From contig CAKPEV010000002.1 in NCBI GenBank assembly GCA_934149405.1, positions 6,073 to 70,072 on the forward strand: a stretch of 64,000 bases of DNA, read 5' to 3'. The notes beneath the pieces were generated by a model. That model made no database searches and was not told the DNA's origin. It saw nothing but the letters and a program-made list of their open reading frames with translations. The translations under genes and the position numbers were made by a program. The stretch is from an uncultured Clostridia bacterium (lineage in GTDB: Bacteria > Bacillota > Clostridia > TANB77 > UBA1234). Every line of letters begins with the position of its first letter. Within the stretch, counting starts at the first letter, position 1. Shown here in pieces: positions 40,351 to 51,048 of this stretch.

Positions 40351-40609
40351 AAAAACTCCTTTTTCATATAATACAATAAAGGATGTGATATAATGAAACA
40401 CCATCACCCAAATTTAAATTTCAATTGCTTAAATAATATATATCGTTCTTTATATGATGTTGAACACTTCTTAAATTGTTGTGCACAGGCTAGAAAAGTA
40501 AAACGAACATATACATTATTTAAACAATGGAAACGTCATTAGTTAAGAAGAAAAACGAGGCAGGAAATATTATTTCTAACTTTTCCGTGCCTCAAATTTT
40601 ATATGTTCC

Positions 40610-40780
40610 TTATGCTTGTTCTGGTGCTCCAACAGGACATGTTCCTGCACATGCTCCACATTCAATGCATTCATCTGCATTTATACAATATTTTGTATCT
40701 TCTTCATGTATTGCTGAAACTGGGCAAGCTTCTGCACATGCTCCACATTTAATACAAGCATCTGATATTTGATATGCCAT
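40610..40780 (-). CDS. 2x[4Fe-4S] ferredoxin (56 aa), absent from the ORF track because it is shorter than 60 aa.
   Basis: MAYQISDACIKCGACAEACPV...CIECGACAGTCPVGAP; RBS GGAGGTG 8 nt upstream. Confidence 0.7.
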   Translation of the reverse strand: MAYQISDACIKCGACAEACPVSAIHEEDTKYCINADECIECGACAGTCPVGAPEQA

Positions 40781-40802
40781 CCTAATTCACCTCCTTCGTA
40801 AT

Positions 40803-41699
40803 TTATATATCCTCTCTTTTAAATCCTTCTTCTAATGCTTTTAATTCCTTCATGTTTACTTCTTCATCTTGCTTTTCTCTACGGCGTCCAACTTTTAGCA
40901 CTTCTATTTCAGAGTTCTTAAAACTCTTCTTCACGAAAGTGCCATCTTTTTCTATCTTTACTTTTATTATTTCTCTAAGCACTTCAACATCTTCTACTGT
41001 TCCTTTTCCTTCAGGCGTGCTAACAAGAGAACCAACAGAAGGTAATCTCGATAACTTTTCTTCATAAACTTCTTGTTCATGTTTTAAACAACACATAAGT
41101 CTTCCACACACACCAGAAATCTTTGTTGGATTCAATGATAATCCTTGTTCTTTTGCCATTTTTATAGAAACAGGATTCAAGTCGCCCAAGTGGTTGCAAC
41201 AACATAACTCTCTTCCGCACATTCCATAACCACCTAGCATTTTAACTTCATCTCTAACACCGATTTGTCTAAGCTCAATTCTTGTTCTATAAATTGCCGC
41301 TAAATCTTTAACCAATTCTCTAAAATCTACTCTTCCATCTGAAGTAAAATAAAACAAAAGCTTCGAATTATCAAATGTATACTCTACATCAACAAGTTTC
41401 ATGTCTAATCCATGCTCCGCAATCTTCTTTTCACAAACCTCATATGCTTCTTTTGCTTTTCTCTCATTCTCTTCAAATATTCTTTTATCTTCTTCTGTGG
41501 CTACCCTAATTACATCTTTCAAAGGTGCAACAATTTTCGAATCATCTATCGCTCTATTCGATATAGCAACTTCTCCAAGTTCCATTCCTCTAGCTGTTTC
41601 AACAATTGCTGATTGTCCTTTTTCAAATTTTATATCATTTGGATTAAAAAAATAAATCTTTCCAAGTTTTTTAAATCTTATGCCTACGATTTCTTTCAT
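40803..41699 (-). CDS. ricT: PSP1-domain protein YaaT/RicT.
   Basis: PSP1 C-terminal Cys cluster; conserved holB-yaaT synteny. Confidence 0.85.
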   Translation of the reverse strand: MKEIVGIRFKKLGKIYFFNPNDIKFEKGQSAIVETARGMELGEVAISNRAIDDSKIVAPLKDVIRVATEEDKRIFEENERKAKEAYEVCEKKIAEHGLDMKLVDVEYTFDNSKLLFYFTSDGRVDFRELVKDLAAIYRTRIELRQIGVRDEVKMLGGYGMCGRELCCCNHLGDLNPVSIKMAKEQGLSLNPTKISGVCGRLMCCLKHEQEVYEEKLSRLPSVGSLVSTPEGKGTVEDVEVLREIIKVKIEKDGTFVKKSFKNSEIEVLKVGRRREKQDEEVNMKELKALEEGFKREDI

Positions 41700-41715
41700 C
41701 TTGACCTCCCTGACC

Positions 41716-42585
41716 TTAAAAACACAATCTAACCACCATATTATCTAGCGCCAAATCAAAGTTAGCATTTCGTATTATATCTCTGTTTGTCTCGTCAACA
41801 ATATTAATAATCTGCATGTTTCTTATCGTATCGTTTCTCAATTCTTTATAGCAAATCAGTATCACTGCTCCAAGCACACTGCTTATATTGCTCTTTAAAT
41901 CTTTATCACTTTTTATATCATTTATCTTTCGATTGATAGTTAAAAAATCTTTTGTTTTAAATGATTTTACTAATGAACTTGCAACATCAATATAATTTTC
42001 ATCTAGCATTTGAAGTGCATCTCTAACGCTGCCTCTAGAAAACTTTATTATATCGTCATTTGCTTTATCACCAAGTACTTCTCTCATTTCACCATCAGTT
42101 AAACCATTAAAATTCAAAGTCACAACTCTAGACTTTATAGTATTTAAAAGCTTTTCTTTTTTGGTAGCGAGAAGTATAATTGTCGCATATTCAGGTGGCT
42201 CTTCCAATATCTTTAACAATGCATTTTGTGCACTCTCATTCATTAAATCTGCATCATTTATTATAAAACATTTTCTGTTTGATATTGTTGGCTTTAAATA
42301 AACTTCTTTTTCAAAATCTCTTATCACATCAACTTTTATGATATTTTTTTCGGGTTCTATTATGAAAAAATCAGCATTATTTTCAAAAGTCTTACATGCT
42401 TCACAATTTCCACAAGCTTGTCCATTCTCGTTTTTTAAACACAATATGCTCTTAGCAAACTCAACGGCAACTAGTTTCTTGCCTATTCCAGCTTTTCCAA
42501 CAAACAAATAAGCATGTCCTATTTTACCACTTTTAATAATGTTATTTAATCTTTCTCGGTTTTCTTTATGACCTACAATATGCAT
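41716..42585 (-). CDS. holB: DNA polymerase III delta-prime subunit.
   Basis: Motifs HAYLFVG and GIGK; zinc module CGNCEAC. Confidence 0.8.
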   Translation of the reverse strand: MHIVGHKENRERLNNIIKSGKIGHAYLFVGKAGIGKKLVAVEFAKSILCLKNENGQACGNCEACKTFENNADFFIIEPEKNIIKVDVIRDFEKEVYLKPTISNRKCFIINDADLMNESAQNALLKILEEPPEYATIILLATKKEKLLNTIKSRVVTLNFNGLTDGEMREVLGDKANDDIIKFSRGSVRDALQMLDENYIDVASSLVKSFKTKDFLTINRKINDIKSDKDLKSNISSVLGAVILICYKELRNDTIRNMQIINIVDETNRDIIRNANFDLALDNMVVRLCF

Positions 42586-42594
42586 ATTTTCACC

Positions 42595-43269
42595 TTATTT
42601 ATCAATTTTTCCAAAAGCAGATAAAGGCCATATTCTATATGTTACTCGACCTTCAACTTTGCTCAAAGGTATACATCCAAACTCTCTACTATCGCTTGAG
42701 CCTCCCCTGTTATCGCCCATTACAAATATATATCCTTCTGGCACTTCCACATCACAGTATGCACCTCTTCTAGGAGTTTCTATACCATTTAGGTATACTT
42801 CTTCTAATTCCATGTCATTAACATAAACTTTTCCTTTATTTATAACAACATGATCTCCGGCCACACCTATAACTCTTTTTATAAAACTTACTTTGCCTAT
42901 TTCTAATACATCATGACAAAGTTTGTATTTAACACTATCGTTTTCATTATATACACCTAACCCATTTTCTGTTCCCACAGGCTTTTCAAATGTTATTATA
43001 TCCCCTCTATATATTGGCAACTTAAAAGTTCTAACAACTCTATTTATCAAAACTCTTTCGCCATCTAAAATAGTTGGTGTCATTGAAGTTTGTTGTACTA
43101 GTGTCGGTGTAAATAAGAAATACTTTATAACAACAGCCAAAACAAAAGCAACTACTATACATAAAAACCATTCTACAACCTCTCTTGCAGGAGATTTCTT
43201 TACTTCTTTAATTTTCTTTTCTACGTTTAGATCCATTTCTTTCATTCGTACATTCACCTCGCTCTTCAT
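42595..43269 (-). CDS. lepB: Signal peptidase I.
   Basis: SMTPTI and GDNRGGSSDSR boxes. Confidence 0.85.
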   Translation of the reverse strand: MKSEVNVRMKEMDLNVEKKIKEVKKSPAREVVEWFLCIVVAFVLAVVIKYFLFTPTLVQQTSMTPTILDGERVLINRVVRTFKLPIYRGDIITFEKPVGTENGLGVYNENDSVKYKLCHDVLEIGKVSFIKRVIGVAGDHVVINKGKVYVNDMELEEVYLNGIETPRRGAYCDVEVPEGYIFVMGDNRGGSSDSREFGCIPLSKVEGRVTYRIWPLSAFGKIDK

Positions 43270-43432
43270 TATATATCAAAATTATGGCTTATGCAACGCA
43301 TTTTGTGCATATTTTATATCACATTTAAAACTATTGTTCTTATTAATAATTATCCCTCAATATAACTTGGGTTATTTTTAAATCAAACAAATAAGTCAGC
43401 TTTTATTAAAATCGGCTGACCTATAATTTTCA

Positions 43433-45280
43433 TTATTTTTCTTTCGAGTTTTTTTCCTTAAATGTTGGGACCTTTATAATAACTTCAGTTCCTTTTCCAA
43501 CCTCACTCTTTATATCTATACTTCCACCATTTTCTTCAATAATTTCTTTTGCAATAGGCAATCCCAAACCAGTACCGCCCATTTCTCTAGAACGAGCTTT
43601 ATCCACTCTGTAAAAACGTTCAAAGACACGTGGCAAATCTTCTTTAGGTATACCTATTCCATTATCTATTATTTTTATATATGCATCATCATGTACCGCG
43701 CCAACGTATACTTTAATATTTCCATTCTCAGGAGTATACTTTATACTGTTTGTCAAAATATTTGTTATTACTTGCTCTATTCCATCTCTATCGCCGAAAA
43801 CATCCGGAACATTAGATGTAACATAGCATTCAACCAATTGTCCTTTTTTCTCCGCCTGTATCTTATGTTTATCACAAACTTGCTTTGTTAATTCTTTTAT
43901 ATCAAATCTTATTCTATTCCATGCGACTTTTTTATAATCAAATTTTGTAAGTTGCAATAAATCACTTACTAATCTTGTCATTCTGTTTGCTTCTGTTAGT
44001 ATAACATTAAGGAATTTACGTTTACTCTCTTCATCCAACTCTTCTTGGTCTAGGAGTGTTTCAGAATATGTTTTTATCGATGTTATAGGTGTCTTTAATT
44101 CGTGCGATACGTTTGCCACGAACTCTTTTCTCATATCGTCTAGTTTTGCTTGTTTTGTCATATCTTGTATAACAACAACAACGCCGTTTGCTCTATCCTT
44201 CTCATCCCTAAATGGTGCAAAGAAGAAGTTGTAATACTTGTCATTTACATTTATCATTTCCTCGCTAGATGTCCAATCTTCTAGGTAAATAATTTTTTCC
44301 ATATTTATATCTATTTTTAATTTTTTGAAAATCTCTTCAAAAGAACGTTCATCTTTTATATCTAACATCTTTTTCGCAGTCAAATTGGCATGTACCATTC
44401 TTCCATTTAAGTTGAACGCAAGTACTCCATCAGTCAAATGCATAAGTATTGTTTCTAATTTACTTTTTTCAGTTGATATCTCGTTCATTGTATTTTGAAT
44501 TTGCGATGTCATCAGATTAAACGTATCTATTAACTTTGAAATTTCATATCCTGCTCCTCTTTTTTCAGGCAAACTGATATATGAAATATTTCCTTCTGCA
44601 ATCATTTCGGCTTTATTCGTAAGCAATTCTATTGGCTTCGTTATATCCCTCGCAATTATGCCTATTATTATTAATGTAGTGGCAGCCATAACGAATAGCA
44701 CTCCCACATAAATATATCTTATTTCGTTTATTTGCCTATTTATATACTCTTTACTTTGTGAAACTAATATATAATTTTCATCATGCTCTAGTATATCCTC
44801 TCTAATAACACACATAAACCAATAGCAATCATTTTCTTTATCATTGCATGAAGCATATATTTTTCCAGCTTTTTTAGCCTGCTCTATACATTCTTGAATT
44901 GCACTGGAAAGTTTATATTTTTCACCAGTCATCACATCATTATAATTAGAATCTATAATTACCCCTGAGCGACTCTTGCTGTTGATGGAAAAATATATAT
45001 TAAAATTATCATATACTTTTTCTAATATTTGCTTGTAATCTTTTTCTTTTTTCGGACCTTGAATGTCTGAAAAATTAAGATTGTTTTTATCGTTCTCTAA
45101 TTTTATATTTTTTAAATTTAATCCAAATCCTGCGACCGTATTCATCATTTCTTCTACAAATCCTTTGTAGTATATATCTTCTATTTTAATAATAGACATA
45201 ATTCCAATTCCAAGAATTATTACCGAAAGTAAAATAAAAAATATAAATATTAGGCGTGATTGCAAACTTTTCGTAAACAT
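43433..45280 (-). CDS. Sensor histidine kinase (TM, HAMP, PAS, HisKA, HATPase).
   Basis: H-box SHELKTP; G-boxes GGTGLGL. Confidence 0.85.
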   Translation of the reverse strand: MFTKSLQSRLIFIFFILLSVIILGIGIMSIIKIEDIYYKGFVEEMMNTVAGFGLNLKNIKLENDKNNLNFSDIQGPKKEKDYKQILEKVYDNFNIYFSINSKSRSGVIIDSNYNDVMTGEKYKLSSAIQECIEQAKKAGKIYASCNDKENDCYWFMCVIREDILEHDENYILVSQSKEYINRQINEIRYIYVGVLFVMAATTLIIIGIIARDITKPIELLTNKAEMIAEGNISYISLPEKRGAGYEISKLIDTFNLMTSQIQNTMNEISTEKSKLETILMHLTDGVLAFNLNGRMVHANLTAKKMLDIKDERSFEEIFKKLKIDINMEKIIYLEDWTSSEEMINVNDKYYNFFFAPFRDEKDRANGVVVVIQDMTKQAKLDDMRKEFVANVSHELKTPITSIKTYSETLLDQEELDEESKRKFLNVILTEANRMTRLVSDLLQLTKFDYKKVAWNRIRFDIKELTKQVCDKHKIQAEKKGQLVECYVTSNVPDVFGDRDGIEQVITNILTNSIKYTPENGNIKVYVGAVHDDAYIKIIDNGIGIPKEDLPRVFERFYRVDKARSREMGGTGLGLPIAKEIIEENGGSIDIKSEVGKGTEVIIKVPTFKEKNSKEK

Positions 45281-45414
45281 TTTTAACCCCCATATCGCAT
45301 AAAAATTTTATCACTATTAGTATGATTTATCGTATTAAAAAAGGATGAACGAAATCTATACTTTCATTCACCCACTATTTTTATTAATGAAATTTAGAAA
45401 TTCTACTACAACTG

Positions 45415-46137
45415 TTATACAGCATTGAAATAATATCCAATTCCTCTTTTTGTTGCAAGTAACTCTGGCATACTAGGATTTTGTTCAATTTTTTCTCTTA
45501 TTCTTCTTATTGTTACATCTACTGTTCTTACATCACCAAAATACTCATAACCCCAGACTTTTTCCAAAAGTTCTTCTCTTGAAAAAACTTGTCCCTTTTG
45601 TGTAGCTAAAAATTTTAAAAGTTCAAATTCTCTAAGAGTAAGCTCTACATTCTTGCCACTAATTTTAGCTTCATATTTATAAGTATCAAGAACCAACGGT
45701 CCAAATACCAATGTTGAATTTTTAGTTTCTTCATTATCAGCTGTTGCCATGCCCTTAATTGACATCTCTATTCCGTCCCATTTTCTAAGGTTAGCCTTTA
45801 CTCTTGCTATAACTTCTCTTACACTGAAAGGTTTAGTTATATAATCATCTGCACCGAGTTCGAGTCCAATTACTTTATCTACAACATCTTCTTTCGCTGT
45901 AACCATTATTATAGGTATATTAGCTAATTGCCTTATGCTTTTGCATACAGAAAAACCATCCATCTTTGGAAGCATCACATCTAGTAAAACCAAATCTGGT
46001 TTTTCTCTTTTATATACCTCAATTGCCTCTTCTCCATCATAAGCAACAACAGTATCGTATCCTTCTCTCTTTAGATTATGATTTAATATATCCACAATAG
46101 CCTTTTCATCATCAACAATTAAAACTTTCCTACTCAT
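45415..46137 (-). CDS. OmpR-family response regulator.
   Basis: REC domain plus winged helix. Confidence 0.85.
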   Translation of the reverse strand: MSRKVLIVDDEKAIVDILNHNLKREGYDTVVAYDGEEAIEVYKREKPDLVLLDVMLPKMDGFSVCKSIRQLANIPIIMVTAKEDVVDKVIGLELGADDYITKPFSVREVIARVKANLRKWDGIEMSIKGMATADNEETKNSTLVFGPLVLDTYKYEAKISGKNVELTLREFELLKFLATQKGQVFSREELLEKVWGYEYFGDVRTVDVTIRRIREKIEQNPSMPELLATKRGIGYYFNAV

Positions 46138-46292
46138 TTATTTCACACCCTCCTACGGATACAACAATTTTACTACTTTTATTATCTATTATTACACCCC
46201 AAATGTCAATGTTAATTTTTTCTTTTTGACATTTGCCGTCAATCACAATACTACTCTTTCCAAAAGAATTTAATTATACTCATTTTTTGCAT

Positions 46293-46327
46293 AAAAAAAC
46301 TAGTAAGTTTCGAAACTTACTAGTTTT
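46293..46327 (-). terminator. Terminator for the M23 peptidase gene (13-bp stem aactagtaagttt/aaacttactagtt).
   Basis: Hairpin with A-run and T-run. Confidence 0.6.
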
Positions 46328-46331
46328 ATAT

Positions 46332-47363
46332 TTATTTACCATATACGAAAACTTCTGGATCCAAAGTTTTTCCTTCATATCTAACTTCAAGATGTACGTG
46401 AGGTCCTGTTGATCTTCCTGTACTTCCTACATATGCTATTAACTCACCTTTGTTCACTTCATCGCCAACCTCTGCAACAAGTTTGCTACAATGTGCATAG
46501 TATGTTTCATAGCCTCCCGTGTGTTGTATTTTTACTAGATATCCATAATTTCCAGACCAAGCCGAATATGTAACTACGCCAGATTCACTTGCATGTATAG
46601 GAGTTCCTAATGCAACACCTATATCTAATCCATAGTGATATCCCATTGACCTCCAACCATATTTTGAAGTGATTATTCCTCCTTCAACCGGTTTTCCAAA
46701 ACTTAGTTCTTGCAAATTATCTTTTAAAGTTTGCAATAATTCTTTTGAAACAGTTCTAGCTGAAGCTAGTTGTGTACGAATTCTTATCATTTCATCATTT
46801 TGTTTCTTTAAAGGTTCTATAACATCTGCAACTGCTACTTCTATATCCGAAGTTACATCATAATCAAGTAGATTTTTCTCAACTATTGCAACTTCTACTT
46901 TTTTAGAAAACTTTGCTTGTTTCTCATCTATTTCATTTTTTATTTTTTCTGCATCTTCCATCGTTTCAACGATGTATTTTTCCTCGTCCGAAATATTTAC
47001 AGCGTATACCTTATGATATACATCGCACAAGTTCTTTATGCTTGCGAATATTTTTTCTTCCTCTAAAGCAACATCTTTTTTAACCAACATCATTTCATAG
47101 TCAACTGTAGCATTCATGATTACATATGCTGTGTTCTCAGAATCACCATTTAATATGAAATTATTTATGGCTTTTTCCATTGCTCTTTTACTAGCAACAT
47201 AACCTGAATCAATATTGTTTATAGCTACTTTATATACTGGTTTGTATGTAAAAAAGATTACCGAAAAAATAGCTGAAACACCAAGTAACATAGCTAATAT
47301 TATTTTTGTTATTACATTCAGTAATAATTTTTTTCTTCCCGAGACTCTCAAGAAAGACTTCAA
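46332..47363 (-). CDS. M23-family metallopeptidase with N-terminal TM and coiled coil.
   Basis: HxxxD...HxH M23 motifs (HYGLDIG, HVHLEV). Confidence 0.8.
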   Translation of the reverse strand: MKSFLRVSGRKKLLLNVITKIILAMLLGVSAIFSVIFFTYKPVYKVAINNIDSGYVASKRAMEKAINNFILNGDSENTAYVIMNATVDYEMMLVKKDVALEEEKIFASIKNLCDVYHKVYAVNISDEEKYIVETMEDAEKIKNEIDEKQAKFSKKVEVAIVEKNLLDYDVTSDIEVAVADVIEPLKKQNDEMIRIRTQLASARTVSKELLQTLKDNLQELSFGKPVEGGIITSKYGWRSMGYHYGLDIGVALGTPIHASESGVVTYSAWSGNYGYLVKIQHTGGYETYYAHCSKLVAEVGDEVNKGELIAYVGSTGRSTGPHVHLEVRYEGKTLDPEVFVYGK

Positions 47364-47614
47364 CTCCTTTTTATTTTTAATTTTCTTCTTTCGTGTAGCT
47401 CATCAAAAGCAAATATATTTTACTATATTACAGATTATCAAGCAAATTTTTTTTACTTTTGCTCGGCACATATGGAAGTATTTGAAAACGTTTTAACCAC
47501 ATTTCTTTAATTTTCTCATTCTTTTGCTCATTATCTCGTTTTTTCAGTCACATTAACTAGATAAGAAGAGATTTTAAAAGGAAACAGTTTATTTATCGTC
47601 AAAATTTTATTTAA

Positions 47615-48124
47615 TTATCTACCTGCAAATATGTCATTGTATTTCTTCAAAATTTCAGTATCAGTATAATACGTACTTGTTCCTACTTTAACTCCGTTGA
47701 CCATAAAAATTTCTATATTTTCTGTGTTTTTTACATTCACAATATAGTTGTTTTCTATATTTCTTATCTCTAAAACATCCTCTATAACTTTGCCATTATC
47801 CTTGAAATTCAAGAAATAATACTCATGTTCTCCGCTATTGTAATAACCTGAAAGTTGCGGATATAGTGTGAAGTCCTCAACTGGTGTTCCTATACTACTC
47901 ATTTTAAACAATTCTAAAGTTTCTGCACCTTGGACAGCTCTTTTAACTTCAAGAATTTCATTGTAGGCTTTAGTAAGTTTAGTTTCAACCAACGTATCTT
48001 TCGAATTGTATATTGAAAAGCCTGCAATAAGTATCATCATTACAATCGTTATAACCGTTTGAATCATAGTTATACCATTTTTTCCTTTCAAAATACCACC
48101 CCCATTTTTAAATATCTCCATCAT
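47615..48124 (-). CDS. Type-IV-pilin-like protein (169 aa; N-terminus KNG-ITMIQTVITIVMMILIAGFSIY).
   Basis: Prepilin-type N-terminus. Confidence 0.5.
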   Translation of the reverse strand: MMEIFKNGGGILKGKNGITMIQTVITIVMMILIAGFSIYNSKDTLVETKLTKAYNEILEVKRAVQGAETLELFKMSSIGTPVEDFTLYPQLSGYYNSGEHEYYFLNFKDNGKVIEDVLEIRNIENNYIVNVKNTENIEIFMVNGVKVGTSTYYTDTEILKKYNDIFAGR

Positions 48125-48623
48125 CTACTAACGCTCTGACTTGTTCAAATGTCCTTACGTTTCTGTTAGCTAACTTTATTGTTTTTAAAAGTTCAACTTC
48201 GCCTTTTTCAAAATTCACAATGTAACTATGCTTTATTGAATCAATCCCATAATATTCTCTAACTTTGCTTTGCTCATATTTTTCCATGTCGTCCATTCCT
48301 ATTATTATATAAGCATCATCAAAATCTGCTTCATCTACTTCTACTCCAAATGCATTTTTAAATTCTTCTGCATCCGCAGCTAGCTCAGAAACTTTAAAAT
48401 CATATTGGTCTCCAGACTTTAATTCAAAATCTTCATCCAAATCTTTCTTTATTATTACACTATTTACCGCATTTTTCATTGATGTCATTTCAACATAAAC
48501 TTCTGTAACAGTAGCTTGGTCTGTTGCTTCTTTTCCGGTGTAAACAGAGAAGGTTGTTATTATAAGTATTATTATGATAACAATTACAAGCTCAACCATT
48601 GTAACTCCATTTTGCTTTTTCAT
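48108..48623 (-). CDS. Type-IV-pilin-like protein (171 aa; N-terminus KQNG-VTMVELVIVIII with Glu at +5). It lies 22 nt downstream of pcrA.
   Basis: Canonical pilin N-terminal helix with E5. Confidence 0.55.
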   Translation of the reverse strand: MKKQNGVTMVELVIVIIIILIITTFSVYTGKEATDQATVTEVYVEMTSMKNAVNSVIIKKDLDEDFELKSGDQYDFKVSELAADAEEFKNAFGVEVDEADFDDAYIIIGMDDMEKYEQSKVREYYGIDSIKHSYIVNFEKGEVELLKTIKLANRNVRTFEQVRALVDDGDI

Positions 48624-48645
48624 GATTCACCTCCAAAACAATATT

Positions 48646-50880
48646 TTATAATATTTCAAGGTTTGCAAATCTTGCCATAAGTCTTTTGTTTCCTGCTTTT
48701 TCAAATGATATGTCTAATTTCAAATCATCATCTTCTGGTTCGGCATTTGTTATAACGCCTTTTCCGAATTTTTTGTGCATTACTTCTGTTCCAACTTTAT
48801 AGCCATCTAGACTCATTGTTGCATTAGCAGTCGCTTTTTGTAAGAAGCTCTCTGCCGTTCTAAAATTAAATGCTTGCTTAGGTGATGCAAATGCTGGAAT
48901 ATTTATCTCTTCAGAATCATCATAGTCATCTCCGAAGCTAAATGATTTTTTCGGTTTTATTCCTCCGTTTATCATATCTTTTGGAATCTCTTCTAAAAAT
49001 CTTGATGGCTTGCTGTAAGTTGTACTACCAAATATCGTTCTACATTTTGCACATGTTAAGAATAAATGCTCTTTAGCTCTTGTTATACCAACATAGCAAA
49101 GTCTTCTTTCTTCTTCTAAACCATCTACCTCATCTATTGAACGATAACTTGGAAATAAACCATCTTCCATTCCAACTAAGAATACTACTGGAAACTCTAG
49201 CCCTTTTGCTGTATGAAGTGTCATAAGTAGCATTTGGTCTTGTTCCTCATCAACATTATCTAAATCTGTAACTAATGCAAGATTTTCTAAAAATTCTGGC
49301 AATCCATTTTCAGCATATTGCTCCTCGAATTCGATTGCAACATTTATGAACTGTCCTAAGTTTTCTATTCTGCCTTCTGCTTCTTCTGTTTTTTCATCTT
49401 CTAATGCCTTTATATATCCACTACCTTCTAGTATGGTGCTCGTTAATTTTTCAACACTTGATGTGTTTTCTCTCATTTTTAATATAAAGTTTGCGAATTC
49501 TTTAAATGCAGCGTTTGCTCTTGTTGTTACATATTTATCTGCATCTTTTATTATATCAAACATTGATTTTCCAGTTTGTCTAGCAGCTTGTTCTACTGCA
49601 TCTAAACTTGTTTTACCTATTCCTCTTTTAGGTTCATTTATTATTCTTTTTAAGCTAACATCATCGTTTGTATTTTGTACTAATCTTAAGTATGCGATAA
49701 TATCTTTTATTTCTTTTCTTTCATAGAATTTTTGACCACCAACAACTTTATATGGTATTCCCTCTCTCATAAGCACATCTTCAAATGCTCTTGATTGGGC
49801 GTTTGTTCGATATAAAATTGCAAAGTCAGAATATTTATAATATTCATTTATTTTTAATGTATTTATTTGTGAAACAACATAGTTTGCCTCATCATATTCA
49901 TCATTACCTTGATAAACAGTCGGCTTTGTTCCTTCATCATTTTCTGTCCACAATTTTTTCTTTACATTGCCTGTATTATTTTTTATAACTTCGTTTGCTA
50001 TTCCTAATATATTTTTTGTAGAACGATAATTTTGCTCTAACTTTATAACTTTTGTGTTTGGATATACCTTTTCAAAGTTTAATATGTTTCGTATATCTGC
50101 GCCTCTAAATTTATATATACTTTGTTGGTCATCTCCTACTACAAATACATTTTGATATTTGCTTGCAAGAAGTGATATAAGCATATCTTGAGCCTTGTTT
50201 GTATCTTGATACTCATCTACTAATATGTATTTAAATTTTTCCCTATAATAATCTAAAACATCTGGATTTTTGTTGAATACTTCAATCGTGTTATTGATTA
50301 TATCATCAAAGTCTACTGCGTTATTTTTCTTGAGTTTCTTTTGATATAAATCATATACACTTGCTACCTTGCTAAGTCTATAATCTGATGCATACAAGTT
50401 TGCATATCTTTCAGGATCCATCATATCGTTTTTAGCCTTACTTATCTCTGATAGCAAATATTTATCATTATATAATTTTTCATCGAGATTTAATTCTTTT
50501 ATACACTCTTTTACTACAACCTTTGTGTCAGCTGTATCAAAGATTATAAAGTCTTTTCCATATCCTATTTTTTCAATTTCTCTTCTTAATATTCTAACAC
50601 ACATAGAGTGGAATGTTCCAACCCACATGTCTTTTGCCATATCTCCAACTATTTTTTCTATTCTTTCTTTCATTTCTTTCGCTGCTTTGTTTGTGAATGT
50701 AATGGCTATTATATTCCATGGTTTCACATTACATTCTGCAATCAAATACGCAATTCTATGTGTAAGCACTCTTGTTTTTCCACTGCCCGCACCTGCTATA
50801 ACCAAAAGAGGTCCATCAACATGCGTAACAGCTTCAAATTGCTCTTTATTTAATCCTTTTAAAATTTCGTCTGTGTTCAT
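48646..50880 (-). CDS. pcrA: ATP-dependent DNA helicase PcrA/UvrD.
   Basis: Walker A GAGSGKTRV and UvrD motifs; start MNTDEIL with RBS AAAGGTGA. The track ORF is extended to 50913. Confidence 0.85.
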   Translation of the reverse strand: MNTDEILKGLNKEQFEAVTHVDGPLLVIAGAGSGKTRVLTHRIAYLIAECNVKPWNIIAITFTNKAAKEMKERIEKIVGDMAKDMWVGTFHSMCVRILRREIEKIGYGKDFIIFDTADTKVVVKECIKELNLDEKLYNDKYLLSEISKAKNDMMDPERYANLYASDYRLSKVASVYDLYQKKLKKNNAVDFDDIINNTIEVFNKNPDVLDYYREKFKYILVDEYQDTNKAQDMLISLLASKYQNVFVVGDDQQSIYKFRGADIRNILNFEKVYPNTKVIKLEQNYRSTKNILGIANEVIKNNTGNVKKKLWTENDEGTKPTVYQGNDEYDEANYVVSQINTLKINEYYKYSDFAILYRTNAQSRAFEDVLMREGIPYKVVGGQKFYERKEIKDIIAYLRLVQNTNDDVSLKRIINEPKRGIGKTSLDAVEQAARQTGKSMFDIIKDADKYVTTRANAAFKEFANFILKMRENTSSVEKLTSTILEGSGYIKALEDEKTEEAEGRIENLGQFINVAIEFEEQYAENGLPEFLENLALVTDLDNVDEEQDQMLLMTLHTAKGLEFPVVFLVGMEDGLFPSYRSIDEVDGLEEERRLCYVGITRAKEHLFLTCAKCRTIFGSTTYSKPSRFLEEIPKDMINGGIKPKKSFSFGDDYDDSEEINIPAFASPKQAFNFRTAESFLQKATANATMSLDGYKVGTEVMHKKFGKGVITNAEPEDDDLKLDISFEKAGNKRLMARFANLEIL

Positions 50881-51048
50881 AATTTCACCTTTCATATAAA
50901 AATCTAAAATCATTCTATCATAATAATGTAGTAATAGCTAGAAAAATGTAGTAACAATTTTTTCTTTTTGTTCTTACAAATATATATTTTTTTGGTAACA
51001 TGTGTTAAAATAGTTTGTGTTATATATTTACATATTGGAGGGTTTATT

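Noticed and set aside
40527-40772. Plus-strand 81-aa ORF.
   Set aside because: It is antisense to a well-formed ferredoxin gene that has a strong RBS.
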